Of a stretch of DNA of 64,000 nt, positions 37,414 to 47,765 are shown piece by piece. The DNA comes from a bacterium (GTDB lineage: Bacteria; Patescibacteriota; UBA1384; CAILIB01): NCBI GenBank assembly GCA_037131105.1, contig JBAXRQ010000001.1, positions 66,039 to 130,038 on the forward strand, written 5' to 3'. The notes under the pieces are model-generated. The model did not search any database. It was given only the letters and a program-made list of their open reading frames with translations, and was not told the origin of the DNA. Each line of letters opens with the position of its first letter. Within the stretch, counting starts at the first letter, position 1. Both the position numbers and the translations under genes were made by a program.

Positions 37414-38136
37414 ATGTCAGGACATAGCAAATGGGCAGGAATTAAGCACAAGAAGGCCCTTGTTGATGCTAAGAGGGGTAGCTCATTCACCAAACTTGCC
37501 AACAACATCACCGTTGCCGCCAAGCAGGGCGGCGGCGACCCAGTGATGAACGCGTCGCTACGGCTGGCCATTGAGAAGGCCCGTGGCGCCAACATGCCCA
37601 AGGACAACATCGAGAGGGCGGTGAAACGTGGTACAGGTGAGAGCGGCGGCGCTGCCGTCGAAGAAGTGCTCTATGAGGGCTTCGGTCCCGGTGGCGTAGC
37701 TATTTTGGTGGAGGCGCTAACTGATAACCGCAACCGCAGCAATTCTGACATCCGCAACATTTTTAATAAGAACGGCGGCCGTATGCCTGAAGGCGGAGGC
37801 ATTGCCTACCAGTTCGGCCAGAAGGGCGTCGTACGGGCTGATCTTTCCGATGCCAACCTTGATGTCTTTGAGGAGGCGGTCATCGAAAGCGGGGCCGACG
37901 ATTATACGCTGGGAGATGATTTTGCTACGGTTTACACTTCTATACCTGATTTGCATCGGGTCAAGGATGAATTGGAGGCCAAGGGCTTCAAGATCGGCTC
38001 TGCCAAGATCGAGAGGATTCCCAATCTGCCTATTGAGCTGGCTGATGAGGAGGATCTGGAAAAAGCCTTCAAACTTATCGAAGTACTAGAAGAGAATGAC
38101 GACGTGACCAACGTCTTCACGAACCTGGCCGAATGA
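37414..38136 (+). CDS. yebC: YebC/PmpR family protein
   Basis: MSGHSKWAGIKHKK, YEGFGPGG, LTDNRNR. Confidence 0.95.
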   Translation: MSGHSKWAGIKHKKALVDAKRGSSFTKLANNITVAAKQGGGDPVMNASLRLAIEKARGANMPKDNIERAVKRGTGESGGAAVEEVLYEGFGPGGVAILVEALTDNRNRSNSDIRNIFNKNGGRMPEGGGIAYQFGQKGVVRADLSDANLDVFEEAVIESGADDYTLGDDFATVYTSIPDLHRVKDELEAKGFKIGSAKIERIPNLPIELADEEDLEKAFKLIEVLEENDDVTNVFTNLAE

Positions 38137-38618
38137 TAATCCTGGGGCTGGATCCCGGTACTGCCATCGTCGGCTGGGGGGTAATCGATACTGGTCCCCG
38201 CAACGACGTCTCATCCGCAGTGTGCGTGGCATACGACTGCATACTTACTGACAAGGGGCTCTCGGACAGCCGTCGGCTGGTGGCTATCGCTTCCGGACTT
38301 GAAGGTCTGCTGAAGCAGTACACTCCGGATCTGGTTTCGGTGGAGAAGCTGTTCTTTGCTAAAAACCAAACTACGGTCATGACCGTCTCCCAGGCCCGCG
38401 GCGTCCTGCTGCTTGGGATTGAGCAGCAGGGAATTCCGCTGGTAGAGTTTACGCCGCTCCAGGTAAAACAGGCGCTCACTGGCTATGGGAAGGCTGACAA
38501 GTCCCAGATCCAGAACATGGTGAAGCTGCTGCTGAAGCTGCCGGGAATACCGAAGCCGGATGACGCGGCTGACGCCTTGGCTATCGCCATTACCGCCGCC
38601 CAAACCCAGAAGTACTAG
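38133..38618 (+). CDS. ruvC: Holliday junction resolvase
   Basis: ILGLDPG, VEKLFF, QARG, GKADKSQ, DDAADALA. Confidence 0.95.
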   Translation: MIILGLDPGTAIVGWGVIDTGPRNDVSSAVCVAYDCILTDKGLSDSRRLVAIASGLEGLLKQYTPDLVSVEKLFFAKNQTTVMTVSQARGVLLLGIEQQGIPLVEFTPLQVKQALTGYGKADKSQIQNMVKLLLKLPGIPKPDDAADALAIAITAAQTQKY

Positions 38619-39535
38619 GGTTTTTCCGTCTCCACAGTAAAGTGGTCTCCATACAAAACCAGATGTATGCGTCCTTGGGTATCAGTACGATAGGTCGGTA
38701 TGTGGGCGGCTGCAAGCTTGGCGATGGTCGAAGGGGCTGGGTGTCCGTAGGAGTTCTTGAGGCCTACCGGTATGACTGCGACCTGTGGTGCTACGGCGGC
38801 TAGGAATGGCGGCGAGAGGCCGGTAGCCGATCCGTGATGAGGAGTTTGTAGGACGGTAGCCGAAAGGGTGCAGTCTGGCGGGGGACAGGTTTCGAGCATC
38901 TGTTTCTCGTGGGTCTCGTTTAGATCCCCTATCAGAAAGAGTGATTCGCCGTGAAAGCTGACTTTGACCGATACGGTAGCATCGTGTTGGTCGCCCGGAA
39001 GACTGCCGGTCATATCGGTCAGGGGGTGGTAGACCTGTAGGGTAAGCTGACCGAAGACTGTCGTCGGCGGGCAAGGGGTACCTGCTACACAGTCGGCCGC
39101 CTTGAAGAAGCGGGTTTGTACGGGGACCTGGTGTTGGCTGATCTCTTTTTGGAAGGCCCTGAAGTCAGCAGTGGCGTACAGGGCTCCGGAAACCCAGATC
39201 TCCTTAACCGTATAACGCTGAAGTACTGTGATAAGGCCGCGCAAGTGGTCACTGTGATTATGGGAGAGAATGACTAGGTCGATGCTGCGGTCCCAGGCAG
39301 GCACTACGTCGCCTAGCTGGGTAAGCACCGAGTCGTCGGGCCCGCCGTCGTAAAGTATTTTCTTCCCGCTCGGCTCGTGGATAAGTACGCTTTCACCCTG
39401 ACCAACATCAAGTACCCAGGCATCCAGTGCTGGAGCGGCGGCGTAGTGAGGCCTGAGGCTGGCAAAGGTCCAGACTACTGCACAGAAGATGCAGAAGAAC
39501 AGGAGTGAGAGCTTGGTGATGGATTTCCGAGGCAT
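38615..39535 (-). CDS. ComEC-associated metallo-beta-lactamase-fold nuclease
   Basis: LDVGQGES, SHNHSDH, PHHGS, NSYGHP, RTD. Confidence 0.9.
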   Translation of the reverse strand: MPRKSITKLSLLFFCIFCAVVWTFASLRPHYAAAPALDAWVLDVGQGESVLIHEPSGKKILYDGGPDDSVLTQLGDVVPAWDRSIDLVILSHNHSDHLRGLITVLQRYTVKEIWVSGALYATADFRAFQKEISQHQVPVQTRFFKAADCVAGTPCPPTTVFGQLTLQVYHPLTDMTGSLPGDQHDATVSVKVSFHGESLFLIGDLNETHEKQMLETCPPPDCTLSATVLQTPHHGSATGLSPPFLAAVAPQVAVIPVGLKNSYGHPAPSTIAKLAAAHIPTYRTDTQGRIHLVLYGDHFTVETEKP

Positions 39536-39543
39536 AGTGGGGA

Positions 39544-40896
39544 CTAAGACGTGTGGATGACGCCGAACTGAACCTTTCCGAAGCTGCTGATGACCGAAAG
39601 CACTGCATGCAGCAGTATCCAGAGCGGCAATCTCATTGCCAGCATAATAGCAGGGATCCAGCCCAGTGCAGCAATAATAAGTCCGAGCACGGTGATGGCC
39701 GGCAGCAGCCAGAGAATGAGCGGATTGACGATGAGGCCAAGGAGTGAAAGCTGGTGGAACAGAAGTAATGAAAGCGGCGCAGTACCTAGAGTGGCTGCCG
39801 TCGTCTCTGCCAGGGCTGACTTGATCGGCTCTGGCCAGACCTTCGTGGGCTTGTAACGGTCGAGAAAGCTGTTTATGGGACCACTCAAGTAGAGAAGTCC
39901 AGCGAAGGCGGCAAACGACAGCTGAAAGCCGGGGTCAGCAGCCAGAAGTAATGGATTTCCCAGTACGAGCACGGTCATGGACAGTAAGAGAAACGGGGTC
40001 GCCCAAGCTTTTCGGGAGCGAAGCCTCAGGAATCTTCCAAGACATGCCACAAAGGCTCCTCGCATGACGCTGGCTGAGGCGCCAGTAAGTAGTGTCATGA
40101 ATAGGCTCAAGCCAACGACCATATGGAACTGGCGCCTAGCACAGTAGACCGGAAGTACTGATATCAGGATATCAAGCAGGATGGTGATGTTGGCACCGCT
40201 GATGGCGACGATGTGCGAGGTGCCGGTCTGACGCAGGTCGGCCTGGATCTGCTCAGGGATGGATCCTTTGCTGCCGAGTAGTATGCCGGCCAGCAGGCTG
40301 GCTTCCGGCTCTGGTATAGTGGCCTGAACGCGAGATTCTACCCCGTCTTTGAGACGGTACAGTGCGGCGAGTACGGGACTGCCGCGGTTATGGGAGATGA
40401 GTCTCAGCTTCTCTGGTCGACTGACGATGCCGGTGATGCCGAATCGCTCCAAATAGAGCGGATAGTTAAAGCTGTTAAAGGGTTTGGGAGCTTCGACGGC
40501 TCCCTCCCACTGTACGAGGTCTCCGTATGCCCAGGTAGGGTAGCGGTCGGCCCTGATCAGCAGTTTGGTAGGCGGTCCGTTGTCGACTACCCGTACGGTC
40601 AGCTGGATAGCTGTCGCCCTCACATCGGGCGGCTCGCTGATAATGCCGGTGAGCGTACCGTTTGTCCCTGCCAATGAGGCCTGGTGTAAAAGTCTCCAGG
40701 CTGATATGTAAACATGGCCTGCCGTCAAAAAGCCCAGGCAGAGGGCCAGACTTCTAGCCTTTCTATTATGAAATAGAACGGAGATCACCAGGAAGGCAGC
40801 CCCTAGCAGGAGTGAGGGACCGATGGGGTCGGGAGCCTGAAAGGACCCGGTAAGCACCCCGATAAGGAAGCTGGCGAGAGAGATAGTGAGGTACAT
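39544..40896 (-). CDS. comEC: ComEC/Rec2 DNA uptake channel (OB + competence domain)
   Basis: GTSHIVAISGAN, SVMRG, GFQLSFAA. Confidence 0.92.
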   Translation of the reverse strand: MYLTISLASFLIGVLTGSFQAPDPIGPSLLLGAAFLVISVLFHNRKARSLALCLGFLTAGHVYISAWRLLHQASLAGTNGTLTGIISEPPDVRATAIQLTVRVVDNGPPTKLLIRADRYPTWAYGDLVQWEGAVEAPKPFNSFNYPLYLERFGITGIVSRPEKLRLISHNRGSPVLAALYRLKDGVESRVQATIPEPEASLLAGILLGSKGSIPEQIQADLRQTGTSHIVAISGANITILLDILISVLPVYCARRQFHMVVGLSLFMTLLTGASASVMRGAFVACLGRFLRLRSRKAWATPFLLLSMTVLVLGNPLLLAADPGFQLSFAAFAGLLYLSGPINSFLDRYKPTKVWPEPIKSALAETTAATLGTAPLSLLLFHQLSLLGLIVNPLILWLLPAITVLGLIIAALGWIPAIMLAMRLPLWILLHAVLSVISSFGKVQFGVIHTS

Positions 40897-41059
40897 GCGC
40901 TCACCTTAGTTTGCAGGGACATGCCCGACAAGCTAGTTTGCAGAGTAGTAAATCAACACTAGGTCGAGGGCAGCTTTGTAAGCGGGGATCGGCATGCGGA
41001 GTGGTATTCATTGACAGACTCACCTGTCGGGACGATAATAGTCTCAAGTAGCTATCTCT

Positions 41060-41815
41060 ATGTCCTTGCGCATTCGAACGAAGATGACCGGCTTCACTCT
41101 CATTGAGCTTGTTTTGATTGTGGCTATCGTCGGTATCCTGGCTACTCTTGGAGTCCAGAGCTATGACGGTGCCCGCACTAGGGCCTATAATACGAATCTT
41201 CGAGGTAGCGTGGGCGAGTACTCCCAGGCTATGGATCTGTATTATGCTCAGAGCCACACCTACTTTGTGACCTGGGCGGGAGCGGGTGCGACCACCTGTG
41301 AGGCTCCTTACGACCTTGGTAAAGTTGAGAAAATATCCGGAACGCCGTGGGGTTATACCCTGCAGGGCTATGGTAACGGTTCGCCTACCTGCGTAGGATT
41401 GGATGGTGGCAGCCAGGGCAGGATGACCCGTTCACATATCCATGGCACCACTATTGCACTGGGATCCAGCCGTGGCGGTGGTATGATCTTGCAGTTCAAC
41501 CACGCCTATGACAACTACTCCATTGCCGACGCCTTGGTCTCACAGGGTGTCCTTAAGGAGGTAAGGGCCTATCCGGGGGTCGATTCCTTTCAGGAAGACT
41601 CGCCCGACTTTGTCCTTACTCTCTGTAATGCCCAGGGTCAGCAGGCCACCGGTAAGGCCGACGCACTTAACTTCGCGGTCTATGCTAGTCTGAAGGGGGC
41701 CGCTACATCTGTTGATACCAGCAAGGTCCATAGCCTGTGCGGCAGCGCGGACACCCGTTACGGCTGGAATTACGTCGAAGACTGGGAAGACGCTGACCTT
41801 CCTCCTGCCCCGTAA
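41060..41815 (+). CDS. Type IV prepilin-like protein
   Basis: G|FTLIEL N-methylation motif, hydrophobic helix, four Cys in the globular domain. Confidence 0.88.
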   Translation: MSLRIRTKMTGFTLIELVLIVAIVGILATLGVQSYDGARTRAYNTNLRGSVGEYSQAMDLYYAQSHTYFVTWAGAGATTCEAPYDLGKVEKISGTPWGYTLQGYGNGSPTCVGLDGGSQGRMTRSHIHGTTIALGSSRGGGMILQFNHAYDNYSIADALVSQGVLKEVRAYPGVDSFQEDSPDFVLTLCNAQGQQATGKADALNFAVYASLKGAATSVDTSKVHSLCGSADTRYGWNYVEDWEDADLPPAP

Positions 41816-41844
41816 AGAAGTACGAGGGCTCTGCTGATTTTTTG

Positions 41845-41874
41845 CTTGACAAAATGTCAAGTATACTTTACATT
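41845..41874 (+). promoter_or_regulatory. grpE-dnaK-dnaJ promoter with palindromic operator
   Basis: TTGACA(41846)-17-TACATT(41869); CTTGACA-aaa-TGTCAAG inverted repeat 41845-41861. Confidence 0.65.
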
Positions 41875-41900
41875 TTAAGGGATCACTCATAACCCGTCCC

Positions 41901-42401
41901 ATGTCCAGTAAGAAGCCCGTCGAACCTGATATGCAGCCTGAGGAGGTACTTATTTCCGAGCCCCAGGAGCCAGATTACCAGGATCTTTGGCAGCGGGCGG
42001 TGGCTGAGCAGCAGAACGCCCAGAAGCGGTTTGAGACCGAAAAGCAGAACCAGGCCCGTTACTCCAAACAAGGCCTGATTGACTCACTGCTGCCGGTAGT
42101 CGATAACTTCTATAGGGCTACTGAGCATGTCCCAACCGAGCTGGAGGGCTCTCCCTGGGTGGCTGGCATTCTCTACATCCAGAAGAACCTTTTGGACGTA
42201 CTGGAGGGTGAAGGCGTAGCTGAGATATCTGCCAAGGCCGGCGATCAGTTTGATCCTCATCTGCATGAGGCCATCGGCGTCGTGCATGAGCCGGCTCAGC
42301 CTGACGATGTGATCACTGAGATCAAGAACAAGGGCTATAAGCTGCATGACCGGATCCTCCGGCCGGTGCAGGTTATCGTCAATCATCATTCTACAAACTA
42401 A
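41901..42401 (+). CDS. grpE: Nucleotide exchange factor GrpE
   Basis: LLPVVDNF.RA, FDPHLHEAI, KGYKLHDRILRP; precedes dnaK. Confidence 0.93.
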   Translation: MSSKKPVEPDMQPEEVLISEPQEPDYQDLWQRAVAEQQNAQKRFETEKQNQARYSKQGLIDSLLPVVDNFYRATEHVPTELEGSPWVAGILYIQKNLLDVLEGEGVAEISAKAGDQFDPHLHEAIGVVHEPAQPDDVITEIKNKGYKLHDRILRPVQVIVNHHSTN

Positions 42402-42413
42402 TAAAACAGCCTT

Positions 42414-44321
42414 ATGGCAAAAGTAATCGGCATCGACCTCGGTACCACCAACTCATGTGTAGCCGTCATGGAAGGCGGCACCGCTAAGGTAATTCCATCC
42501 GCTGAAGGCGCTAATACCGTCCCTTCTATCGTCGCCGTCAAAAAGGACGGGGAGCGGGTAGTTGGTACTCCGGCCAAGCGCCAGGGCGTCACCAACCCTG
42601 CTAACACCATCTTCTCGGTAAAGCGCTTCATCGGCCGTCACTTTGCCGACAAGGAGACCCAGGAGGACGCCAAGCGGGTCCCATATAAGATTGCCAAGGG
42701 TAAGAACGACGCCGTCGAGGTGGTCATGGGCGACAAGGAGTACACTCCCCAGGAAATCTCCGCATTTATCCTCCAGAAACTGAAGGCTGACGCCGAGGCC
42801 TATCTTGGTACTACGGTCACCGAGGCGGTCATTACCGTTCCCGCCTACTTTAATGACGCCCAGCGTCAGGCTACCAAGGACGCCGGTAAGATCGCTGGCC
42901 TTGAGGTGAAGCGCATCATCAACGAGCCTACTGCCGCCGCCCTGGCCTACGGTATCGAACGCAAGAAGGACGAGAAGATTGCTGTCTATGACCTGGGAGG
43001 CGGAACCTTCGACATCACAATCCTGGAGCTGGGCAGCCATGAGGGCGAGTCCTCCTTTGAGGTGCTTTCCACCAACGGCGACACCCACCTTGGCGGTGAT
43101 GACTTTGACAAGGCCCTGATGGATTATATCCTGGCCGAGTTTAAGACCCAGGAAGGCAGCGACCTTTCCAGTCAGGTAGACGCTATCCAGCGCGTCAAGG
43201 AAGCTGCAGAGAAGGCCAAGATTGAGCTCTCCAACGCTACTGAGACTGAGATCAACCTACCTTTCATTACCGCGGACGCCTCCGGTCCTAAGCACCTGGT
43301 GCTGAAGCTGACCCGGGCCAAGCTTGAGCAGCTGACTGAGACCTTGGTGCAGCGTTCCATTGAGCCGCTTAAGAAGGCTTTGAAGGACGCCAAACTGGAG
43401 CCTAAGGACATTGACGAGGTGATCTTGGTGGGCGGCCAGACTCGCATGCCTAAGGTCGTTGAAGAGGTCCGTGCCTTCTTCGGCAAGGAACCCAACCGCT
43501 CAGTAAACCCTGACGAGGCAGTCGCCCTCGGCGCTGCTATCCAGGCTGGTGTACTCTCAGGAGACGTCAAGGACATCCTGCTGCTGGACGTTACCCCGCT
43601 TTCCCTGGGAATCGAAACCATGGGCGGCGTCATGACCAAACTGATCGAGCGCAATACCACCATTCCTACTTCAAAGAGCCAGGTATTCTCTACTGCCGCA
43701 GACAACCAGACCCAGGTAGAGGTCCACGTACTGCAAGGTGAGCGCGAGATGGCTGCGGACAACCGTACCTTGGCCCGCTTTACCCTCGATGGCATCCCAC
43801 CGGCACCCCGTGGTGTGCCTCAGGTAGAAGTAAGCTTTGACATCGACGCCAACGGCATCGCCCATGTAAAGGCGGTCGACAAGGCTACTAACAAAGAACA
43901 GAAGGTTACTATCACCGCCTCCAGCGGTCTGTCCGAGGAAGAGGTGGAGAAGATGCGTCAGGACGCTGAGGTGCACGCCGAGGACGACCGTAAAAAGAAG
44001 GAGCTGGTCGAGGTTCGCAATGACGCCGACAGCCTGATCTACACGGCAGAAAAGACCCTGCGCGAGGCCGGCGACAAGGCCAAGCAGGAGGATAAGCGGG
44101 CCGTAGAGGACGCCGTAGCTGAACTGAAGAGTGTGCACGGCAATGAGGACGTCGAGGCCATCAAGGCCAAGCTGAACGTCCTGAGCGAGAAGCTGCAGGT
44201 AGTTGGCGCCGCCATGTACCAGCAGGCCCAGGAAGAAGGCGCCACTGAGGAGCCAAAGGCTGACACCGAAGAGTCCAAGAAGGATGAGGAGAAGGGCGAC
44301 GACGAACCCCATAAAGAGTAG
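42414..44321 (+). CDS. dnaK: Chaperone DnaK
   Basis: [33 protein letters not shown]. Confidence 0.98.
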   Translation: MAKVIGIDLGTTNSCVAVMEGGTAKVIPSAEGANTVPSIVAVKKDGERVVGTPAKRQGVTNPANTIFSVKRFIGRHFADKETQEDAKRVPYKIAKGKNDAVEVVMGDKEYTPQEISAFILQKLKADAEAYLGTTVTEAVITVPAYFNDAQRQATKDAGKIAGLEVKRIINEPTAAALAYGIERKKDEKIAVYDLGGGTFDITILELGSHEGESSFEVLSTNGDTHLGGDDFDKALMDYILAEFKTQEGSDLSSQVDAIQRVKEAAEKAKIELSNATETEINLPFITADASGPKHLVLKLTRAKLEQLTETLVQRSIEPLKKALKDAKLEPKDIDEVILVGGQTRMPKVVEEVRAFFGKEPNRSVNPDEAVALGAAIQAGVLSGDVKDILLLDVTPLSLGIETMGGVMTKLIERNTTIPTSKSQVFSTAADNQTQVEVHVLQGEREMAADNRTLARFTLDGIPPAPRGVPQVEVSFDIDANGIAHVKAVDKATNKEQKVTITASSGLSEEEVEKMRQDAEVHAEDDRKKKELVEVRNDADSLIYTAEKTLREAGDKAKQEDKRAVEDAVAELKSVHGNEDVEAIKAKLNVLSEKLQVVGAAMYQQAQEEGATEEPKADTEESKKDEEKGDDEPHKE

Positions 44322-44326
44322 TTCCG

Positions 44327-44905
44327 GTGGCCGCTGACGATTATTACGGCTTGCTAGGGGTCGCAAAGGGCGCCAGTCCTGATGAGATAAAGAAAGCCTT
44401 CAGGAAGAAGGCCCATGAGCTGCATCCTGACAAAGGGGGTGATGCCGAGGCCTTCAAGAAGGTAAACGAGGCCTACCAGGTACTTTCTGATCCCCAGAAG
44501 AAAGCCCAATACGACGCTTACGGCACCGCCGGCCCTCAGGGCTACGGAGGCGGAGGAGGCTTCGACGGATCCGACTTCGGAGGGGGATTCGGATTTGGCG
44601 GGGGATTTGCCGATATATTCTCCGATATGTTTGGCGCTGCCATGGCAAACATCCAGGCTGAAGTTGACATTTCAGTGCCCCAGGCGGTATTGGGTGACCA
44701 TATTGAACTGCGGGTAGGGGACGAGCGTCTGCGCTTGGAAATTCCAGCCGGATGCCAGGACGGCTCCCAGCTGGTATTCCGTGGAAAAGGGCGCCAGCAT
44801 CAGCGCGGCCGGGGGGATCTTACTATTATTATTCGGGTCGTAGTGCCGCGTCGCCTTTCCCGCCGTCAAAAAGAACTCTACGAAGAGTTGAAGAAACTAG
44901 GGTAA
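44327..44905 (+). CDS. dnaJ: Minimal DnaJ-family co-chaperone (J domain, G/F region, single C-terminal domain, no zinc finger)
   Basis: HPDK motif, G/F-rich linker, GRGDL; 192 aa. Confidence 0.85.
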   Translation: MAADDYYGLLGVAKGASPDEIKKAFRKKAHELHPDKGGDAEAFKKVNEAYQVLSDPQKKAQYDAYGTAGPQGYGGGGGFDGSDFGGGFGFGGGFADIFSDMFGAAMANIQAEVDISVPQAVLGDHIELRVGDERLRLEIPAGCQDGSQLVFRGKGRQHQRGRGDLTIIIRVVVPRRLSRRQKELYEELKKLG

Positions 44906-44924
44906 TGCCGCATACTAGGGGCAT

Positions 44925-45431
44925 ATGAATCTTCTCACCTGGGATACCGGGATCATTGCCTCGCTTGGTCTACTCTTGGCCTACAGCCTACTTATTCGTA
45001 AGCATAAGTCGCTGGCCACATTGGTGAGCGTCTACGCCGGGTATGTTATGGCTGCCGCTTGGGGAGCCACTATTACTCAGTTATTTACAGGTGACAGGGT
45101 CATCTTTAGCTCAGTGTGGATCAAGGCCAATGCTTCACCCTGGGTGGTACAGTCCTTTTTACTGGTTCTGGTCGCCTTTTTGCTTTCTTCGTTCATTAAG
45201 CTGGGGGGCCGTCGAGCACGGTATTCGGCTGTAGAGGTAACTGCCTATGCAATAGCTACTTTAGCACTTGCCGTCGCCTGTATTGTAGGATTTATGCCTC
45301 CTCCCGTCCTTGCCCATGCTGAGGCAGGTTCCAAGATTTTGCCGTATATCTACCAGTTCCGGCCCTGGATCATGGTGGTACCAGTGTTTGTGATTATTTT
45401 CTTCGGAATTTACTCTAACGAAGACAACTAA
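44925..45431 (+). CDS. Hypothetical membrane protein
   Basis: Five hydrophobic segments, AGGGG RBS. Confidence 0.7.
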   Translation: MNLLTWDTGIIASLGLLLAYSLLIRKHKSLATLVSVYAGYVMAAAWGATITQLFTGDRVIFSSVWIKANASPWVVQSFLLVLVAFLLSSFIKLGGRRARYSAVEVTAYAIATLALAVACIVGFMPPPVLAHAEAGSKILPYIYQFRPWIMVVPVFVIIFFGIYSNEDN

Positions 45432-45605
45432 CTAGACCTGGGCGGGTTTTTCAGATATGGTACGGGGGTAATCCCGTGATGCAGAACGTTCACTCGGGTC
45501 GTACTCGCAGCTATGCTGCTCGTGGGTCTGTCTACGCACTGCGTGCGTAGCCTCCCTCGCTCGGACCAAGCTGTCCAAGCAAGCTTGACAGCTTTCTCCT
45601 CACTC

Positions 45606-45680
45606 GGGTCTGTAGCTCAATGGTAGAGCAGTGGCCTTTTAAGCCATTGGTTGTGGGTTCGAGTCCCACCGGACCCACCA
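45606..45680 (+). tRNA. tRNA-Lys(TTT)
   Basis: GGGTCTGTAGCTCAATGGTAGAGCA-GTGGC-CTTTTAA-GCCAT...GGTTCGAGTCCCACCGGACCCACCA. Confidence 0.95.
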
Positions 45681-45951
45681 CAAGTATGCCCTCAGAAAAC
45701 TGATCGACTCAAGGGAGCCTGTCTACAGTATCCCTCCGGGATACGTCTCAAAAGTTTTCTGAGGGCATACTTGTGGTGTGAAAAGGGGACTCAAACCCGT
45801 GGGCGAAGCCGGCCCGGGAGGGCCGGCTAGCGTCCGAGCGGAAACCTCCGCACTTGTCGGTGCGGCAGCGAGGACGAGTCCTTTTCCGGGAGGGTTGGCT
45901 AGGACGTGAGCGGTATCCTCTGTGCGCGTCCCGCACCAGCGAAGGTCTTCC
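45681..45951 (+). other. tRNA-Lys downstream cassette (26-bp inverted repeat + antisense T-arm + two motif B copies)
   Basis: Arms 45676-45701 / 45753-45778; gggactcaaaccc 45786-45798; motif B at 45802-45876 and 45880-45951. Confidence 0.75.
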
Positions 45952-46055
45952 TCGTAGTGCTCCCGATTGAGTTTCAGGCAAAGTTGTTTGTTGTTTGCAT
46001 CCCCTTGCCGTTCTCCTCTATACTGAACCTAGAACGTTTGAGCCTAAAGGGGGGA

Positions 46056-47765
46056 ATGCCACACGCAACTATTGAGCAACATGTGCAGAAGCTGGACGAG
46101 CGCGTTGAGCGTCTGGAACGTCGTGTAGACGCTTCCTGGCATCGTCGTCTCCTTGCCTCCATTCGTGCTCTGACCCCTGGTGAGGTTTTGCATATGACTG
46201 GTTGGCTGCTTGTGACCGTCTCTGCTCTTTCCCTCTTTGCCACCAACGACAGCGCCGACACCAGCGTGCTGGTTTCCTGCGTCGGTCTGCTGGCCGGATT
46301 GTGGCTAGTATTTAGGGACTCTTCCTGGCCTCGCATCAGCCAGTCTACTCGTCATCTACTCCAAGAGGAGCGCAGTGCTCGTCGCATTCATGCTACTAGC
46401 CAGCACCAGCCGTTCTTTTCCTTTGCCAAAGAGGACACATCCTGGCAGGCTATGACTGGTTACTACCTAGTTCTAGCTGCTTCGCTCTTATTTGCTCTAG
46501 TGTATGCATGGTTGGTTCTCACCTATCTTCCTGAAGGTGCTTGGCAGCTATGGGGGGCATTGCTGGTGCCTACCGTGGGTCTGGCCTATTCCCTAGCTGG
46601 CTCTCATCGCTCACTACTGTACTTCTCCTTGGTCGCTGTCTTCTTGCTGCTGAGCTTCACCCAGGCTCCGCTCTTTGCCCTGGGATATCTTACCCTTCTG
46701 GCCCTAGCCTTCGTCGCGTGGGTCTGGATGAGCCGTGATTGGCCCTCTCTGCTTCTGGTAGTGGCAGGAAGTTACGCAGTACTTGCTCGCTGGGCACTCT
46801 ATCCTGAAAGCTCCGCCACCATTTTGATGGTACTGCTGACTTCCCTCATCCTTTCGCTTGCCTTCGTACTTCCTTTTGCTCTGTTCCGCCGCGAGGCTGC
46901 GAATCGAGAGTTTGTCCGCCGGACCATATTTGGTAGCGTGGCGGCTTTCGTGCTGTTGCCCCTCCTACTACCTGGTAATCCTGTTTTCTCAGTAGCCTGG
47001 ATGGAGTCAGCCGGCCTGTATCTGCTAGTACTTATTGCTTTGGGCCTCATTAGCCTTATGCGCTACGGACGCTATTCCTTTGCCAAGTACTACGGCATAG
47101 CGGCTTTGGGACTACTCATGCTGGTGGCGCTGCTGGCGGGCAATACCGGGCTTACTAGTATCCTCTGGTTTGCCGTAAGTATCATTGCCCTGGGACTGGG
47201 CTTCTCAGTAGGGAGCTACAGCGTACGTACCGTCGGGCTCTGCTTGCTCGGGCTTACGCTTCTCTATTATCTTTCCGCCATTTTCCCCTATCCTACTTTG
47301 GTTCCCGGTCCCTTCCTGCTCCAGCAGCGTATCTGGCTGGGGGCAATATTTGCGCTGTTCCTTCCGGTGCTTGGGTTCTGGTATCGCGACCTTCCGGCTG
47401 GTGAGCCTGAGACGGCCGAGCGAAGCTATATCATTGAGCTGCTCTATGTAGGGTCCTTCATGCTGCTGCTTGGCATCGGCTGGGTTGGCTTTCAGGCTCC
47501 GGCCCAGACTGTATTTTGGTTGGTAGTGGGAGGTGTGTACCTCCTGGCTGGGCGTATTCAGAAGCTGCAGGTGGTCCAGTCTTTGGCTATCGCTGGGATG
47601 CTTTCGGGACTGGGCAAATACTTCTTCTTTGACAGCCTTTCATTGCCAAGAGAGGATCGCATTGCCATGCTGGCTGGGTTCGCTGTGTTGGCGCTACTGG
47701 CGGGCGTGCATCTCATCAGACATGTTTCCAAACCTCATATTACCCGTAAGTCAGAAACCCTATGA
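46056..47765 (+). CDS. Large multi-pass membrane protein (DUF2339-like)
   Basis: N-terminal 'ERVERLE' coiled coil, many TMs, C-terminal 'KYFFFD.L.L....RI' motif; start at MPHAT. Confidence 0.7.
   Translation: MPHATIEQHVQKLDERVERLERRVDASWHRRLLASIRALTPGEVLHMTGWLLVTVSALSLFATNDSADTSVLVSCVGLLAGLWLVFRDSSWPRISQSTRHLLQEERSARRIHATSQHQPFFSFAKEDTSWQAMTGYYLVLAASLLFALVYAWLVLTYLPEGAWQLWGALLVPTVGLAYSLAGSHRSLLYFSLVAVFLLLSFTQAPLFALGYLTLLALAFVAWVWMSRDWPSLLLVVAGSYAVLARWALYPESSATILMVLLTSLILSLAFVLPFALFRREAANREFVRRTIFGSVAAFVLLPLLLPGNPVFSVAWMESAGLYLLVLIALGLISLMRYGRYSFAKYYGIAALGLLMLVALLAGNTGLTSILWFAVSIIALGLGFSVGSYSVRTVGLCLLGLTLLYYLSAIFPYPTLVPGPFLLQQRIWLGAIFALFLPVLGFWYRDLPAGEPETAERSYIIELLYVGSFMLLLGIGWVGFQAPAQTVFWLVVGGVYLLAGRIQKLQVVQSLAIAGMLSGLGKYFFFDSLSLPREDRIAMLAGFAVLALLAGVHLIRHVSKPHITRKSETL

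Noticed and set aside
42453-44366. Long antisense ORFs opposite dnaK and other GC-rich genes
   Set aside because: Known shadow ORFs caused by codon bias; no independent motifs.
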